Positions 1 through 12,338 of a DNA stretch of 64,000 nt are shown here, piece after piece. The position numbers were made by a program, and so were the translations under genes. This DNA comes from Eledone cirrhosa (lineage: Eukaryota), in assembly GCA_964016885.1 (NCBI GenBank), contig OZ024745.1:31310001-31374000 (forward strand), written 5' to 3'. Every line of letters starts with the position of its first letter. Positions within the stretch are counted from its first letter, which is position 1. The notes below the pieces were generated by a model that did not search any database, was not told where the DNA came from, and saw only the letters and a list, made by a program, of their open reading frames with translations.

Positions 1-119
1 ATATATATATATATATATATATATGTATATCGATGTGCGTATATGTATGTACATGTATGTACATGTATGTGTGTATGTATGTGTATGTATATTTAGATGT
101 ATGTGTATGTATATGTATA

Positions 120-172
<53 letters not shown>

Positions 173-420
173 ATATATATATATATGGATATATATCTTT
201 ATTATCTATTTTTTATATATATGTGTATGTGTGTATGTGTTGCGCGTGTGTGTGTGTATATATATATCTTTTTATATGTGTATGTGTATGTTCGTGTAAG
301 TGTATGTGTGTGTATGACTGTATATGTATGTGTGTATGTGTGTATGCGTAAATATCTCTATGTGCGCTTACATGTATGTATGTGTATATATATCTGTATG
401 TGTATGTATATTATATTATA
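1..420. repeat. Compound (TA)n/(TG)n/(TATG)n microsatellite
   Basis: Directly visible dinucleotide and tetranucleotide repeats; the overlapping Y/I/V/C-rich ORFs are artefacts of the repeat. Confidence 0.95.
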
Positions 421-489
421 TTTATTATATTTTATTGTTTTATTTTTTTATTTTTTTTATTTTTTTTTTATTTTTCTTAATTTATAGAT

Positions 490-1218
490 ACATTTATATT
501 AGGCAGTCTGCTCAGACAATTGAATACTGACCCCTCCCCCCCCTCCCACCTAATTTCTGTATCTTGATCTTGAAATGTGTGTGCCAGTGTTTTATGTGAG
601 TGATTTAATTTCTATGTGCTTATGATTTTATATCCACATATATAAATGTGAGTGGGGGAGTGTGTGTGTTTGTATGTTCGTGGTTATGTGTATATTTATG
701 CATATACGCGCATGTATGTGTGATTATACTGATATATGTGAGTATGAAAAAATATATTTATATGCTTGACTCCATAAGTATCAATGCGCATCTTATCAGC
801 GCATTAAGCTTACAGAGATATTAACCTTGAAATTTTGTGTTTGCATCCATCTTTTTAGTATGCGTATACAAATTATACACACATTTTTGTAAAATATGTG
901 TAAGGATTTTACATGTATATACACACACCGAACTGCTTTTAACCCTTTGTGTTTTCATTGGTCAATTTTGAACTGATATTTTGAATTGTTGTTATTATCA
1001 ATAAATATACTTCATTATTTCTGAAGACGGCGTATATATGTGTTAGGTATGTATATTTAATCTTGATAATTTGTATAATTTTGTATAATTTTGTACATAG
1101 ATCTGTTGAATATGCATACCAATTATAACACATATATACCCTAGAAACGATCGTTAAATAATGAACTTTTTTTGTTTAATATAAGGAATTGTTTATTCAT
1201 TATTTGTTTAATATTTTA
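490..1218 (+). mobile_element. Penelope-like element terminal (pLTR) remnant between TA tracts; boundaries approximate
   Basis: Unique sequence between two (TA)n tracts, ending in a hammerhead motif (1011-1165); Penelope-like termini are known to carry hammerheads; no ORF recognised. Confidence 0.45.
1011..1165 (+). ncRNA. Type I hammerhead ribozyme-like motif with a long stem II
   Basis: TTCATTATTT(1011-1020)-CTGAAGA(1021-1027)-long hairpin-GAAA(1144-1147)-CGATCG-TT-AAATAATGAA(1156-1165). Stem I is a perfect 10 bp, stem III is the palindrome ACGATCGT, and the predicted GUU cleavage is after 1155. Confidence 0.75.
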
Positions 1219-1398
1219 TATCTATATATATATATCTATATATATCTATCTATATATATATATATCTATCTATATCTATCTATATCTATCTATATCTATA
1301 TATATCTATCTATCTATCTATATCTATATATATCTATCTATATCTATCTATCTATCTATCTATATCTATATCTATATATATCTATCTATCTATATATA

Positions 1399-1429
<31 letters not shown>

Positions 1430-1544
1430 ATATATCTATATATATCTATATATATCTATATATATATATATATATATATCTATATATATATATATATATC
1501 TATATATATATATATATATATATCTATATATATATATATATATA

Positions 1545-1579
<35 letters not shown>

Positions 1580-1982
1580 ATATATCTATCTATATATATA
1601 TATATATCTATATATATATAGATATATAGATATAGATAGATATATATATATCTATCTATATCTATATATATATAGATATATATATATATAGATATATATA
1701 TATATATATCTATATATATATAGATATATATATATATATATCTATATATATATAGATATATATATATAGATATATATATATATATATATCTATATCTATA
1801 TATATATAGATATATATATATATAGATATATATATATCTATATATATATATATCTATATATCTATATATATCTATATATATATATCTATATATATCTATA
1901 TATATATATATATCTATATATATATATATATCTATATATATCTATATATATCTATATCTATATATATCTATATATATATCTA
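1219..1982. repeat. (TA)n microsatellite interspersed with TC/GA (TATC/GATA)
   Basis: Directly visible; a further tract lies at 2137-2282. Confidence 0.95.
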
Positions 1983-2251
1983 TTGAGGATTTTGTTAAAA
2001 ATTTTATTTTTTGTTATATCTTATTTTATTTTTATATTTTGTTATTGCCTCCTCCTTATTGAGGACGCCTTTTTGTGTAAACTCCCCCCTTTGTACTTGT
2101 CCCACTTTTGATGCCCTAGTGGCAAATAAAAGAAACATATATATATATCTATATATATATCTATATCTATATATCTATATATATATCTATATATCTATAT
2201 ATATATCTATATCTATATATATATCTATATATCTACATATATATCTATATA

Positions 2252-2283
<32 letters not shown>

Positions 2284-3260
2284 CTCTATATAATACATTT
2301 CAGATGATAAAATGGACTTCTTAAGTTCAAGAAATCCTTTCTATCATAGGAATTTGGTGTATATATGTATACAACAGAGATTGTCATGTTTTTCACACAA
2401 CTGAAGATTGCTCGCAACTCTTTGTTTGGCAAGTTTTCTATGGCTGGATGCCCTTCCCATAACCAACCACTTTACAGGGTATACTGGATACTATTTATGG
2501 AGGCAGCAGCACTAGAGAGGTTATGGATCACTGATTCAACTGAAGAGCTCTCTTTATCTTATAGGGTGGGGAGATGATGACCTATCTTAAGTGAGACATG
2601 TTTGGGAGTAGGGAAAATAGACGGATATGTGTGTCAAGGGTTAATGACAAGTATAGTGTCATGATGTACAAGTTCGGTGGCGTTTAAAAGATGATATGAG
2701 AGAGAAAAGGACTGAGAAAGTATGCCATGGGTGTATGACAATTGTGGTTGATTAGGCAGGGAAAGAAATGTGCGAGATAATATCGGTTATAAAGTGGGGG
2801 GTTACAATGATGACGAAACAGATATTAGGGAGCTGTGACTGGTGTGGTGGAGATTAACAGGGTGATGTGAGCGAGAACGATGTGAACTTGGATAGAAATG
2901 GTTTATTTACTAATCTTGAACCCCAGAATTTAAATACACTCAACACTTTACTGCCATTACTGACGGTATGGCTCCACCAGTGTAAACAGAAAAAAGGGCG
3001 TATAACTGAAGGAGGAAGGCAACTATTCTTTGACATTGTTTATGTTTCCTCCGACTATTCTTTTTATAAGTCACATATGGAGCACAAACCAACTAAAAAA
3101 ACTCTACGTGATCACCCTTCTTACTAGAAATAGCAGCTAAATTATCTTTGCCATACACCCTAACGTTAGATGATGTGGTCTTGGTTTTCTTACGCAAGGG
3201 GAAATTTGGGATGTTGACCTGGAGCTAAATAAAAATAACAGTAGTAAGTATAAAGACATA

Positions 3261-3412
3261 TACATGAAGGTAGGCTGAAAAGTTTACTATGAAGGAGTCA
3301 AGTCATCTTATCAATTGTTTTGTTCCAGGGACAATGTTGAAAAATAAACTTCATTTGGTCATTCCAAGAGAATATCTTGGTCAGCCTATGAACTTTTCAG
3401 CAGACTCCCGTA
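3261..3412. mobile_element. Tc1/mariner-type MITE, same family as 33241-33426 in the opposite orientation
   Basis: Imperfect TIRs GAAGGTAGGCTGAAAAGTT / AACTTTTCAGCAGACTCCC with TA flanks. Confidence 0.6.
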
Positions 3413-3567
3413 TGTGGTTATTTTAAGCTGTAATCATACCTCAGTTGCCTCAGTATCAGTGTATGAACGTACTTTCCCTTAGCAACGCTTACTTACTACC
3501 GGAAACTGAGATATTGAAGTCAATATCTTCTTAGAGATTTTGTAAACACACAAGTTTAATTTACATA

Positions 3568-3910
3568 TAATTGTTTCTACTTTTGGCACAAGGCCAGCAA
3601 TTATCCCAGTGTATTACTAGTACTTTATTTTATCGACCCCATAAGGATGACAGGCAAAGTTAACCTCGGCGGGATTTGAACTCAGACTATAAAGGACCGT
3701 AACTCTTTGCTGCAAAGCATGGCATCAGACCCTCTACCGATACTGCCAATCCACCACATATAATTGTTTCTACTTTTGGCACTCGGCCAGCAATTACCCA
3801 GTCAGTGCATTACTGGTACTTTATTTTATCGACCCGGTAAAGATGAAAAGCAAAGTTAACCTCGGCACCTTTCATCCTTACCGGGTCGATAAAATAAAGT
3901 ACCAGTAATA
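3568..3910 (-). mobile_element. Two tandem tRNA-derived SINE copies (family A) plus an inverted partial copy
   Basis: Minus strand shows A-box TGGCAGTATCGG, B-box GAGTTCAAATCCC, central GCCTTTCATCCTTACGGGGTCGATAAAATAAAGTACCAG (Meta/MESC-like) and tail GCCTTGTGCCAAAAGTAGAAACAATT; many copies in the window. Confidence 0.85.
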
Positions 3911-4699
3911 CACAATCTACCACGTATAATGCAAGCTTGACTGGCTATGAATTAGCGATAACACTAACACTTAATAGTTTAGAATAAAGGCGTATAGTGG
4001 TTAGGAGGATCTGTTCATGATCATAAGGTTATGAGTTCAATACCCGGCAGCGTGTTGTATCATCTAACCCAGTTAGAAAAATAATGTGTTAATGTATGTG
4101 TGTGTACACACACACACACACACATGACTACTATCTCTGATTTCGCTAAGAACATTCTAAAATCAAAAGAGGAAAATGAAACCGTTTACAATATAATCTT
4201 GGCAAATTTTATGGGGGTGGGGAGTATTTTTTGTCTAATCTCCGTGTACCAACACAACCGCAGTCTAATGACTGAAACTAGAAAAAAAAAAAAAAAAATA
4301 ACCAGAGATAAAGCTGATTTTATCGCCATTTCAAGTTAATAGCATATACAAAGGCCACGTCTGATAAGCCAGTTACAATTGTCACGTTACATAGAAAGAC
4401 ATGGGCAAATTTCATAGACAAGTAACGTTACATTAAAAACTGCTGACGTGAATCTAAGAATTGGACTTTTGGTCAAGAATTTTGAAAGTTCTAGTTTCGT
4501 TTGAATACAACTTACATTGTGTTTATACTTAAACGATTGACACATGACGATAGCAACGATTAATCTAAACACTATATAGATTTGTTAATAATTACAACTG
4601 CAATATGTCATACATGGTAGTTCCTTTTGCTCTATCTATTTTTTTAGTCACAAGTAAATAAAATAGTGTTTGACGCAAAACTAAGTTAAATAACAGAAT

Positions 4700-5490
4700 T
4701 TTCAACCCAAAGAGCTTTGGCCCGGGCGAATATCCCCTGTCTTGGAACCATCTGGGTTGTCCAGAAGTGACGGCAAAAGACCTGACGGTCTTACCCTGTG
4801 CCCTTGGTCGAGAGGCAGGTGCCTTGTCTGTGACGTTACTTTTAGTGACTCCTTTGCTCTTTCCCACACCCTGGATGCTACGGTTAGGACGAGAGCCACA
4901 GCTTCTGCAGCCGAGCGGAGTAAGACCCTCAAATACTCTGCTCTGTCGGCCAGCTACATTTTTAAGCCTGTGGTTTTCGAGACGTTTGGGGGAGTCGGGC
5001 CGCTGACTGTGAGGTTCCTTTCCTCACTGGCAGCCCGCCTAATAGAGGTGACTGGTGAATCTCGCGAGGGTGCTTGGCTGTTTCAGCGCATCAGCCTCGC
5101 CATCATCCGAGGCAACGCTGCGAGTGTGCTGGCTTGCCTCAAAAATCATTAGAGAGGTTGCCCAGTTCTCGCGACGTTGCCGTCTTTTGCTCTGGTGTTG
5201 GCTCCGTTGTTCACCCCTTCTTTTACATTTTCTTTAATATTGTAGCATTGAAGAAATATATCTTTCATTATATCATCCTTTGTAGTGTTACCGAGGCATT
5301 TGTAATGTTATTTATGTATATATTTAAAACATATTTGTTATGTTATTCTACTGTAAATTTATTTATATGCTCTGTTTATATTTTCATTCTGAAGGAACTT
5401 ATCCACTTGTATTGATATAAGTGATTTTATGACTTTCCTGTAAGCATTGTGTCATTATATATGTTATTATAAACGTGAATAAATTATATA
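4700..5490 (+). mobile_element. 3' fragment of a CRE/R2-group non-LTR retrotransposon with a restriction-like endonuclease domain, plus 3' UTR
   Basis: ORF 4742-5152 has EPSGLSRSDGKRPDGLTLCPWSRGRCLVCDVT...FKPVVFETFGG...QRISLAIIRGNAASV, matching the RPD...D...E RLE C-terminus of CRE-type elements; frameshifted QRALARANIP upstream; AATAAA near 5478. Confidence 0.75.
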
Positions 5491-5795
5491 TTAATGATCA
5501 AAATCATTTCCTGGATATCTTAACTACATTATCTAATGTGTCCGTTTCCAATTTAAGTGTAATTATTTACAGGAGATTTGTTTGCTAATTTTAGCGTTTC
5601 GAACAAACACGTAAAGGTCTTTTCTTTGTATATATATGGGACCTGTAACTTACGATGGAGTCGTATAAGCGCCGTAGTGACATACACGGTTTCTTGGATA
5701 TCTTAAACCTGGTGGAAGCCATCTCCTTCCCAGATCTGAACACAGCTGATTTCTTCCAGAAAAGACGGCAATGCTGACCTCGGTAAGATTTGAAT

Positions 5796-6104
5796 TCAGT
5801 GCGCAGAGAGACAGTCTAATGTAGGAACCTCACTCATTATAGACTCCTTCTGTAGAACCTCATCGATGATTGCCAATTTTTTTAGCAATATTTTTGCATT
5901 CAACCAAAGTAGAGTGTGTGGATCTCCTTGCACTGCAGTTTGTTCGTCTTCTAACACCATCAACTTTTCATTAAACACACTTTTTCCGTGGGATTCCAGC
6001 AATTCTAACACATCATCTACGACTTCTTCAAGACCTACACCATTTGTTAGTTTCATATCTTGCCAAATGTGATATAAACCTTCAGTAGTAGTATTTCCTC
6101 TCAA
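5796..6104 (-). pseudogene. Decayed pogo/Tigger transposase C-terminal fragment
   Basis: GLEEVVDDVLELLESHGKSVFNEKLMVLEDE resembles the Tigger C-terminal motif G-EV--DV-ELL-SH---L-NEEL--LE. Confidence 0.55.
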
Positions 6105-6132
6105 CTTTGTTTATGCCTGCAATAATCCAACT

Positions 6133-6175
<43 letters not shown>

Positions 6176-6540
6176 CGCTTGTGCATGAATGAATCTGTAA
6201 TTCCTGGTGAAGTCGTAGTGACATACAGCGAGTCTTGGATATTTTAAAACATGAGAGAGCCCGTCTCCTCTCCAGGACTGAACACAGCAGATTTCTTCCA
6301 AAGAAAAGAAAGAGATATAGAGGAAGAATTGATCCCATTACTGGACTGGTGATTTATTAACCTCGAAAGAATGAAAGGCAAAGTTGACCTCAGTGAGATT
6401 GGAACTCAGAGGACAGAGAACCGGAACGAATATCGCAAAGCATTTTATCCGACGTTCTAACGACTCTGTCAATTGGCCTTGAGAATGTGTGTAAGATGTT
6501 GTAAATTAAATTTCTAGTAAGGCCATTATTTAACTTGATA

Positions 6541-6640
6541 TCCCGCCGAGGTTAACTTTGTCTTTCATTCTTACGGGGTCGATAAAATAAAGTACCAGTA
6601 ATGTACTGGTACTGGCCTTGTGCCAATAGTAGAAACAATT
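6541..6640 (+). mobile_element. 5'-truncated family-A SINE with target-site duplication; an older minus-strand copy lies at about 6335-6480
   Basis: Family-A body flanked by the direct repeat ATTATTTAACTTGATATC. Confidence 0.8.
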
Positions 6641-7644
6641 ATTTAACTTGATATCTGATACTTAAAGAAAATAAAACGTAGATATTATTCATTGCAGAGG
6701 ACTGGTTCAATCCAGCCTGCTGAATTTAATTCCCATTCAAAACATCCAAACGGTTTGAGTTTATATGTACTGAATAATATATATTCTTTTATTCTTTTAA
6801 TTGTTAAAGTGCAGCCTTGAAGTGTAGTCGATTATTTCGACACTACTGCGTATTTGTTCAAGTCTGGTACTTATTTTATCGATTCTTTTTGGTCGAGCTG
6901 CTAGGTTACGGGACATAAACAGTAAACGTAAACATACACGCAGACATGTGGTGACTGTTGGAATATCTATGATCATAGGTTTACTCGGTCAGAGTTAAGC
7001 TGAGGCTAAACACCATCCGACTTCATTACCCCACAATTTATATTTATGGATGTAAAAAAACCTCTGAGTAAATATAAGACATTTTCATAGAAATCGTCAT
7101 TATAAAAGAAATAATTAATACATTAAGGAATGGTAAAAATATTTCATCAATCGCTGAGATAACAAAAATATTGGTTGCATCTAAAACAAAATTCAAACAC
7201 GACGCAAATCTTTAAGAGGAAATTCTTTGTCTAAAGATTTTCCATTGTCAACCTTCTATTATAATTCCATTGACATCTACGATGTTTTATGTCAATGCTC
7301 CCGTGTAGAAATTTAGTTCTTCTTAGACAGACCTATATTTAATGAGCCTTCTAACCGTGACCCCTCCGTTGTATTGTATATCAGAAACTATACAGGCTAT
7401 CTCATGTTTCTTCCTTTGTTCAGGAGTAAACTGGGAGAGATTTGGTTGATATTTCTAGCAGTCCGAACAACTATATAGATGATACTTCGTTGGTTATGAT
7501 TTTTGTGATAGTGGTTTTCATGGCTGTACTGAGTGACCAGTACAGCTAGGTGGTTGATCTCGTAGAAGGCTCAATAACTGAAGAATCATCCCAGTGGTAC
7601 TAATTTGTATTAATTGTTATAATACATACATGCATGCATACATG

Positions 7645-7885
7645 TTGCACGGATGATGAGTGTTCCAGTCGTTTGATGAACGTAACAACCTGTTCATAAA
7701 ATCAACGTGCAAGAGGCTGAGTTTCCACAAGCACGTATACATTTAACGTAATTCTCAAGGAAATTCAGCGAGGCATAATGTGGAACAAGGCTGGCTCTTT
7801 GAATTACAGGTACAATTCATTTTAACCAGCTGAACCACGACCTTACTATAGTGAACCGAACACCCTAACCACTAAACCACATGCA
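7645..7885 (-). mobile_element. tRNA/CORE-type SINE (family B), diverged
   Basis: Reverse complement matches the copies at 29386-29692, 34131-34430 and 57256-57555. Confidence 0.7.
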
Positions 7886-7979
7886 GGCAAACATACATAG
7901 ATGAGTACGTTTGACTTAACAATTGATAGGGAAAATACTCAGTAGAAAAGCAGAATGCAATTATTTATTGTAAGGCAAT

Positions 7980-8245
7980 TTGCCGAGGTTAACTTTGCTT
8001 TTCATCCTTACGGGGTCGATAAAATAAAGTACCAGTAATGTACTGGATAATTGCTGGCCTTGTGCCTAAAATAGAAACAATTATTAATTTAAGTATGAGT
8101 TCAAATCCCGTCGAAGTTAACTTTGCCTTTCGTCCTTTCGAGGTCAATAAAATAAAGCACCAGTTAAGTACCGAGGTCGATATAATAGATATTCCCCACC
8201 CAGATACCAAATTGCTGGCCTTATGTCAATGTTAGAAAGAATTAT
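7980..8245 (+). mobile_element. Two adjacent family-A SINE fragments; another at about 8540-8680
   Basis: GCCGAGGTTAACTTTGC...GGTCGATAAAATAAAGTACCAG...GGCCTTGTGCC motifs. Confidence 0.8.
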
Positions 8246-9003
8246 TAATCTGTGTTTCATGCATGTCGTTGACCACGTAACATATCTAGGATTAGTTACG
8301 TGATTAACAACACATGTAAAACTCGGGATAGTAACAAGCAACCTCAGCACTACAGTGTGTGAGGGGGGGGGGGGACTCTCACATACACTTGCATGTATAT
8401 AGTCTTCTTGAAAGCAAACAAATCTGCTTTCAGTCGCCAGAATGAAAAAAATCCTTTTTCATTCTGACGACTGAATGTATATAGTCTTCTATAAACTGTC
8501 CTGGCTCTTTCTTTATACTCTGAGCTCAAATCCACCCTGCTGGGGGCAATTTTGCTTTTTATCCTACCGGATGGGAGGGGGGGGGTCGATAAAACTAAGT
8601 ACCAATCAAGTGCTGAGGTTAATTTAATCAACTTTGTCCTTCCCTCAAATTTGTTGGCCTTGTGCCTAAATTAGAAATCAATAGTGTCCATATACAGTTC
8701 ATCTAACACCACATCAGTCAGTGAGTACCTCCTTGTTTTAAGTCGACAGGGTGTGATTCGAAGATGTAGCTGCCATTTCCTGCAAGTCGAGCGACTACGT
8801 AGAAACTGACCCGTTAGTTCGTAAACATAAATACTGCATAGCATAGCATTTTAAAATAACGACGGAAGGATATTATATAAATATAGACTGGATTCGAACG
8901 ACAATGTTTACATGCTTATGTGTTAGTATAAACGTCTATATGATAAAACGTCATAGTGCGTCTATAGATGTTTGAATGAATGAAGGTTGAGACTGTTATC
9001 AGT

Positions 9004-9190
9004 TGTTGTTTAGCCCCAGGCCAGCTTGGTTTGAGCAGGCCTATGATAAAAGACGTTCCAGTGGTGACCATCCCATCTTTTTGTAGATTTGGGCCTGCTC
9101 TTCCTAATATATCCTTAATTTTTTTTGAGGCGGGGTAAGGAGTTTATTTACGAGTTTGACAAGTTTTAAAATTTAACTTCCTCGCTAATT
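9004..9190 (-). mobile_element. Old interspersed repeat (family C) with an (AAC)n end; related pieces at about 3120-3240, 7320-7495, 13305-13690, 30290-30470, 48470-48760 and 61470-61640
   Basis: Recurring motifs TTGTTGTTTAGCCCCAGG..AGACCTATGAT..TTCCAG..GTGACC and GGGAGATTTGGCTGCTATTTCTAGCA. Confidence 0.55.
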
Positions 9191-9567
9191 GTAAATGTTA
9201 TATTGAGTAATAGCAGATCTCAAAGTGACAATTTTTCCGAAAATAAAAATAAAATAAAATTGTTACTTTTAAAATGACAAAGAAAAATAGCGAGTGTAAA
9301 GAGAAAGTGAGTGAGGGTAGTAGCTTGAACGGAAGACTTGTGTAAGCAGCAATATGTAATATACAAACACGTGTTTATAGAAGAAATACAAAAAAAAAAA
9401 AAAAAGATTATTTAGTCATTCATTCATCTATATATATATATATATTCATTTATCCAATTATTCATCGACTGTTTCTTTAATCAATACATCGTTGTGCATA
9501 CTGAAAAAATATTAAAAACAAAGAAACAAAAAAAAAGGAAAGAAAAATGAAAACAAACAGCACTTAC

Positions 9568-10033
9568 TTCCGCCCTGTAGGGATTCCCCAGCTTCTTTAG
9601 GAATCACTAATAATGGTAGAACCCCCGAAAGTCCGACTAATGAAGAACAAAATAATGAATTTATCCACACATATATATCCGCTTCTGTCGAATGTTTATC
9701 ATCTTCCCAGAAGGAAGCTGACGATTTGGGGATATTACCACCTGTAACAGAGTTTCTTCTGTTGCATTGATAACTGTCTCCATCCAATTCACACGACGAC
9801 ACTTCGTCAATTTGTCCTCTTTCGCCAACCTTACTGTAGCCAATAGAGTTTCCATGTGACGGAGTGGGACGCTTTGAGGAATATTGATGATGATGGCTGA
9901 TTCCACCGTTTTTCGAAGAATATATTTTGGCACGATGGATATCTCCTAAAACAGTTGTGTGTAATAATAAAATGAAGACTAATAAAATCCTTGGTTTATT
10001 ACTACTGATCCTGCATAATGTTGCTGTCTTCAT
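9568..10033 (-). CDS. SLC39A13: First coding exon of a LIV-1 subfamily zinc transporter, ZIP13-like; downstream exons not found in the window
   Basis: Signal-peptide-like MKTATLCRISSNKPRILLVFILLLHTTVLG, then VWINSLFCSSLVGLSGVLPLLVIPKEAGESLQGG, which aligns to ZIP13 TM1 (WICSLLGSLMVGLSGVFPLLVIPLEMG). Phase-1 donor A|GTAAGT at 9567; alternative in-frame ATG at 10066. Confidence 0.85.
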
Positions 10034-10434
10034 TTTGGTCACTTCTTTGCAAGTGAAGCTACACATATCTGTATCTTCAACATAGACGTGTTTGTTTAAA
10101 TATACAAACTTCGGTTTGATGTTAAGTGGGTGTGCGCGAGATTTTTGAGAATCGGTCAATCACAGTGAGTGATCGAGAATAGAAAAATAAAATTGGTCGA
10201 CGAAAGGAATCATGAATAGATGTAAATGACAACATGAGAATATATATATGCGTTTTAGTATGATTGTTATAATATATATATATATATGTGTGTGTGTGTT
10301 TATATGCGTTTTTGTGTGTTTGTGTTATATGTGTATGCCTTAGGTATATGTGTGAATTACCTCAGGTGACAAAAAGAGTAAGTAAGAAAATATGTAATAC
10401 TAAGTGAAGTCTAGGCTCACATACACACCGTATG

Positions 10435-10474
<40 letters not shown>

Positions 10475-10801
10475 AACACACAGAGAAACGTATCTCACGC
10501 ACGCACACACATTCGCTGTACAGTCGGGATTGTTGACAGCTGGAATAGGTGTCCAAACGGAGACGTTACAATGTCGCTAAATCTTGCCAATGTTTTCGGG
10601 TGTACACACTGGCACATATCCCATACATGTTATACATGCATTGAATATCGCTTATGTAGTAATTTGTTTGGTTGAAATTGACTAAACATCAAGTGAAGTA
10701 AATGTCATTCAAGGCAGGAAGGTGGGTGGGAATTCAACCAACCAACTAGATGTTGCGTGTATACGCCTACATATTGCAATAACATACTCACATACACACA
10801 C

Positions 10802-10843
<42 letters not shown>

Positions 10844-12040
10844 CAAATATATGTGTATACACACTCACCGAGTACTCGTTAATACCATTCACACACTGGC
10901 CGACTCACGCTTAACACTCACCGAGATATATACATTAGTAGATTCCATCAGTTACTGCAGTAGTTCACATCGATTCACGAACCACAAGCAACCTTTAAGC
11001 TGAACTCAATGTGTGCTACATTTGTTTGTTTACTAGTGTTGTTTCTGTGCGTGTGTGTATCCAATATAAGTTAGGTACTTTGACAAGGCCTCTTAGAAAG
11101 ACGTAGACAAAAACTTCGAGAGATCCTCAACATCAGCCAACATCGACTATTGTGTGAGATATAAATGATGAGAGAAGCTAGTTGTAGAGCTGATTCTATA
11201 CTAAATGCAACTGCTTCGGTATGGTAGGAAGCAGGGGGGAGGGAGTAAAAAGAAGAAAAGAAAAGTATAATCGCTTCTTTACTCATTCCTAGCCGGCTTC
11301 TCATGCTATCAGCAATTCTCAGCTAATATTCCTGTTGCTTCGTTTTCTACGTATTCCTTCCTCGCTTCTCTCTTCTAATCTAGCTCTTGTTTCATTCAAC
11401 AAAATATTTTCTAGCTTCTTTTCTACGTTTCTTTTACGATGTTTACCATTATCAGGGTGTTCAGTGCTGGATATGTCTACTTTGCACAAAGTTGGTTGAG
11501 CACCATATTACTACTTCTATTATACACACATTACTTTACTGACGTAAAAAAATGCATTCATCACAATTTGTCATTTGAAAGAAATATTCATGATTCATCT
11601 GTTTGAATAGAATTTATCTTTTCCCTTTTAAATATTTTCTTCTCTGAAAATTTTTTCAAAATTTGTACAAGATTTAAAAGTGACTGTTTTGCCTTGAGAA
11701 TTACGGAATATCAAAAGTGAAATAATGTTATCATTTTAATATGTGTTTACATAATTTCTAAATGTCCTTTTTATTTAAAGTTTGCTTTACATTCAGTATG
11801 TTTAAGATGCCATGAATATGATATAGAAAACTTTAAATAAAATAAACGTAAAAACGTGAGCATTTATTTGTCATAAAAATTTTATGGGTTACTTTCAAAA
11901 TATCGATTATTTTACGGACGAGTTTTTTTTTTTTTTTTTTTTTAATATTCACTTTAATAAGTGAAAGATTTCTTTAAGAACATTTTTCTTTTTCTTTAGC
12001 AAAAAAAAAAAAGAGTAACAGCAGACCTTAAAAAAACAAA

Positions 12041-12338
12041 CTTTGTCAAACTGTAGGTAATATTTTGACAACTGGCGACCTGGGTCTAAACAATACTCTT
12101 ACCTAATTCAAAGAGGGACAAAAACAAAATCTATACAAAGGAAACTCTGTTCATTTTTTAATTAACTTTTGTATTTTGTTTTGGGTTTCTTTTTTTTTTT
12201 TTGCGTAGATTTTGCTTTTGTCTCTTTTCGAAATAGGCAAAAAAAAACCTAAAGATACAACAAAAAATACTATCTGGTGTCTTAGCCTAAGTCGCCGGCC
12301 GTCAAACAAAATTAATATTGGATACACTTTGACAAAGT
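12041..12338. repeat. Degenerate inverted repeat, probably an old MITE or fold-back
   Basis: CTTTGTCAAA..GGCGAC..GACAAAAACAAAATCTATACAAA (12041-12140) mirrors TTTGCGTAGATTTTGCTTTTGTC..GTCGCC..TTTGACAAAG (12200-12338). Confidence 0.6.

Noticed and set aside
23-2307. Long Y/I/C/V-rich ORFs (also at 14754-15031, 29135-29445, 30653-31224 and 47631-47837)
   Set aside because: Translations of TA/TG/CA/ATC microsatellites that lack stop codons
11071-11510. Short ORFs upstream of the ZIP13-like exon
   Set aside because: No recognisable domains; more likely promoter or 5' UTR sequence
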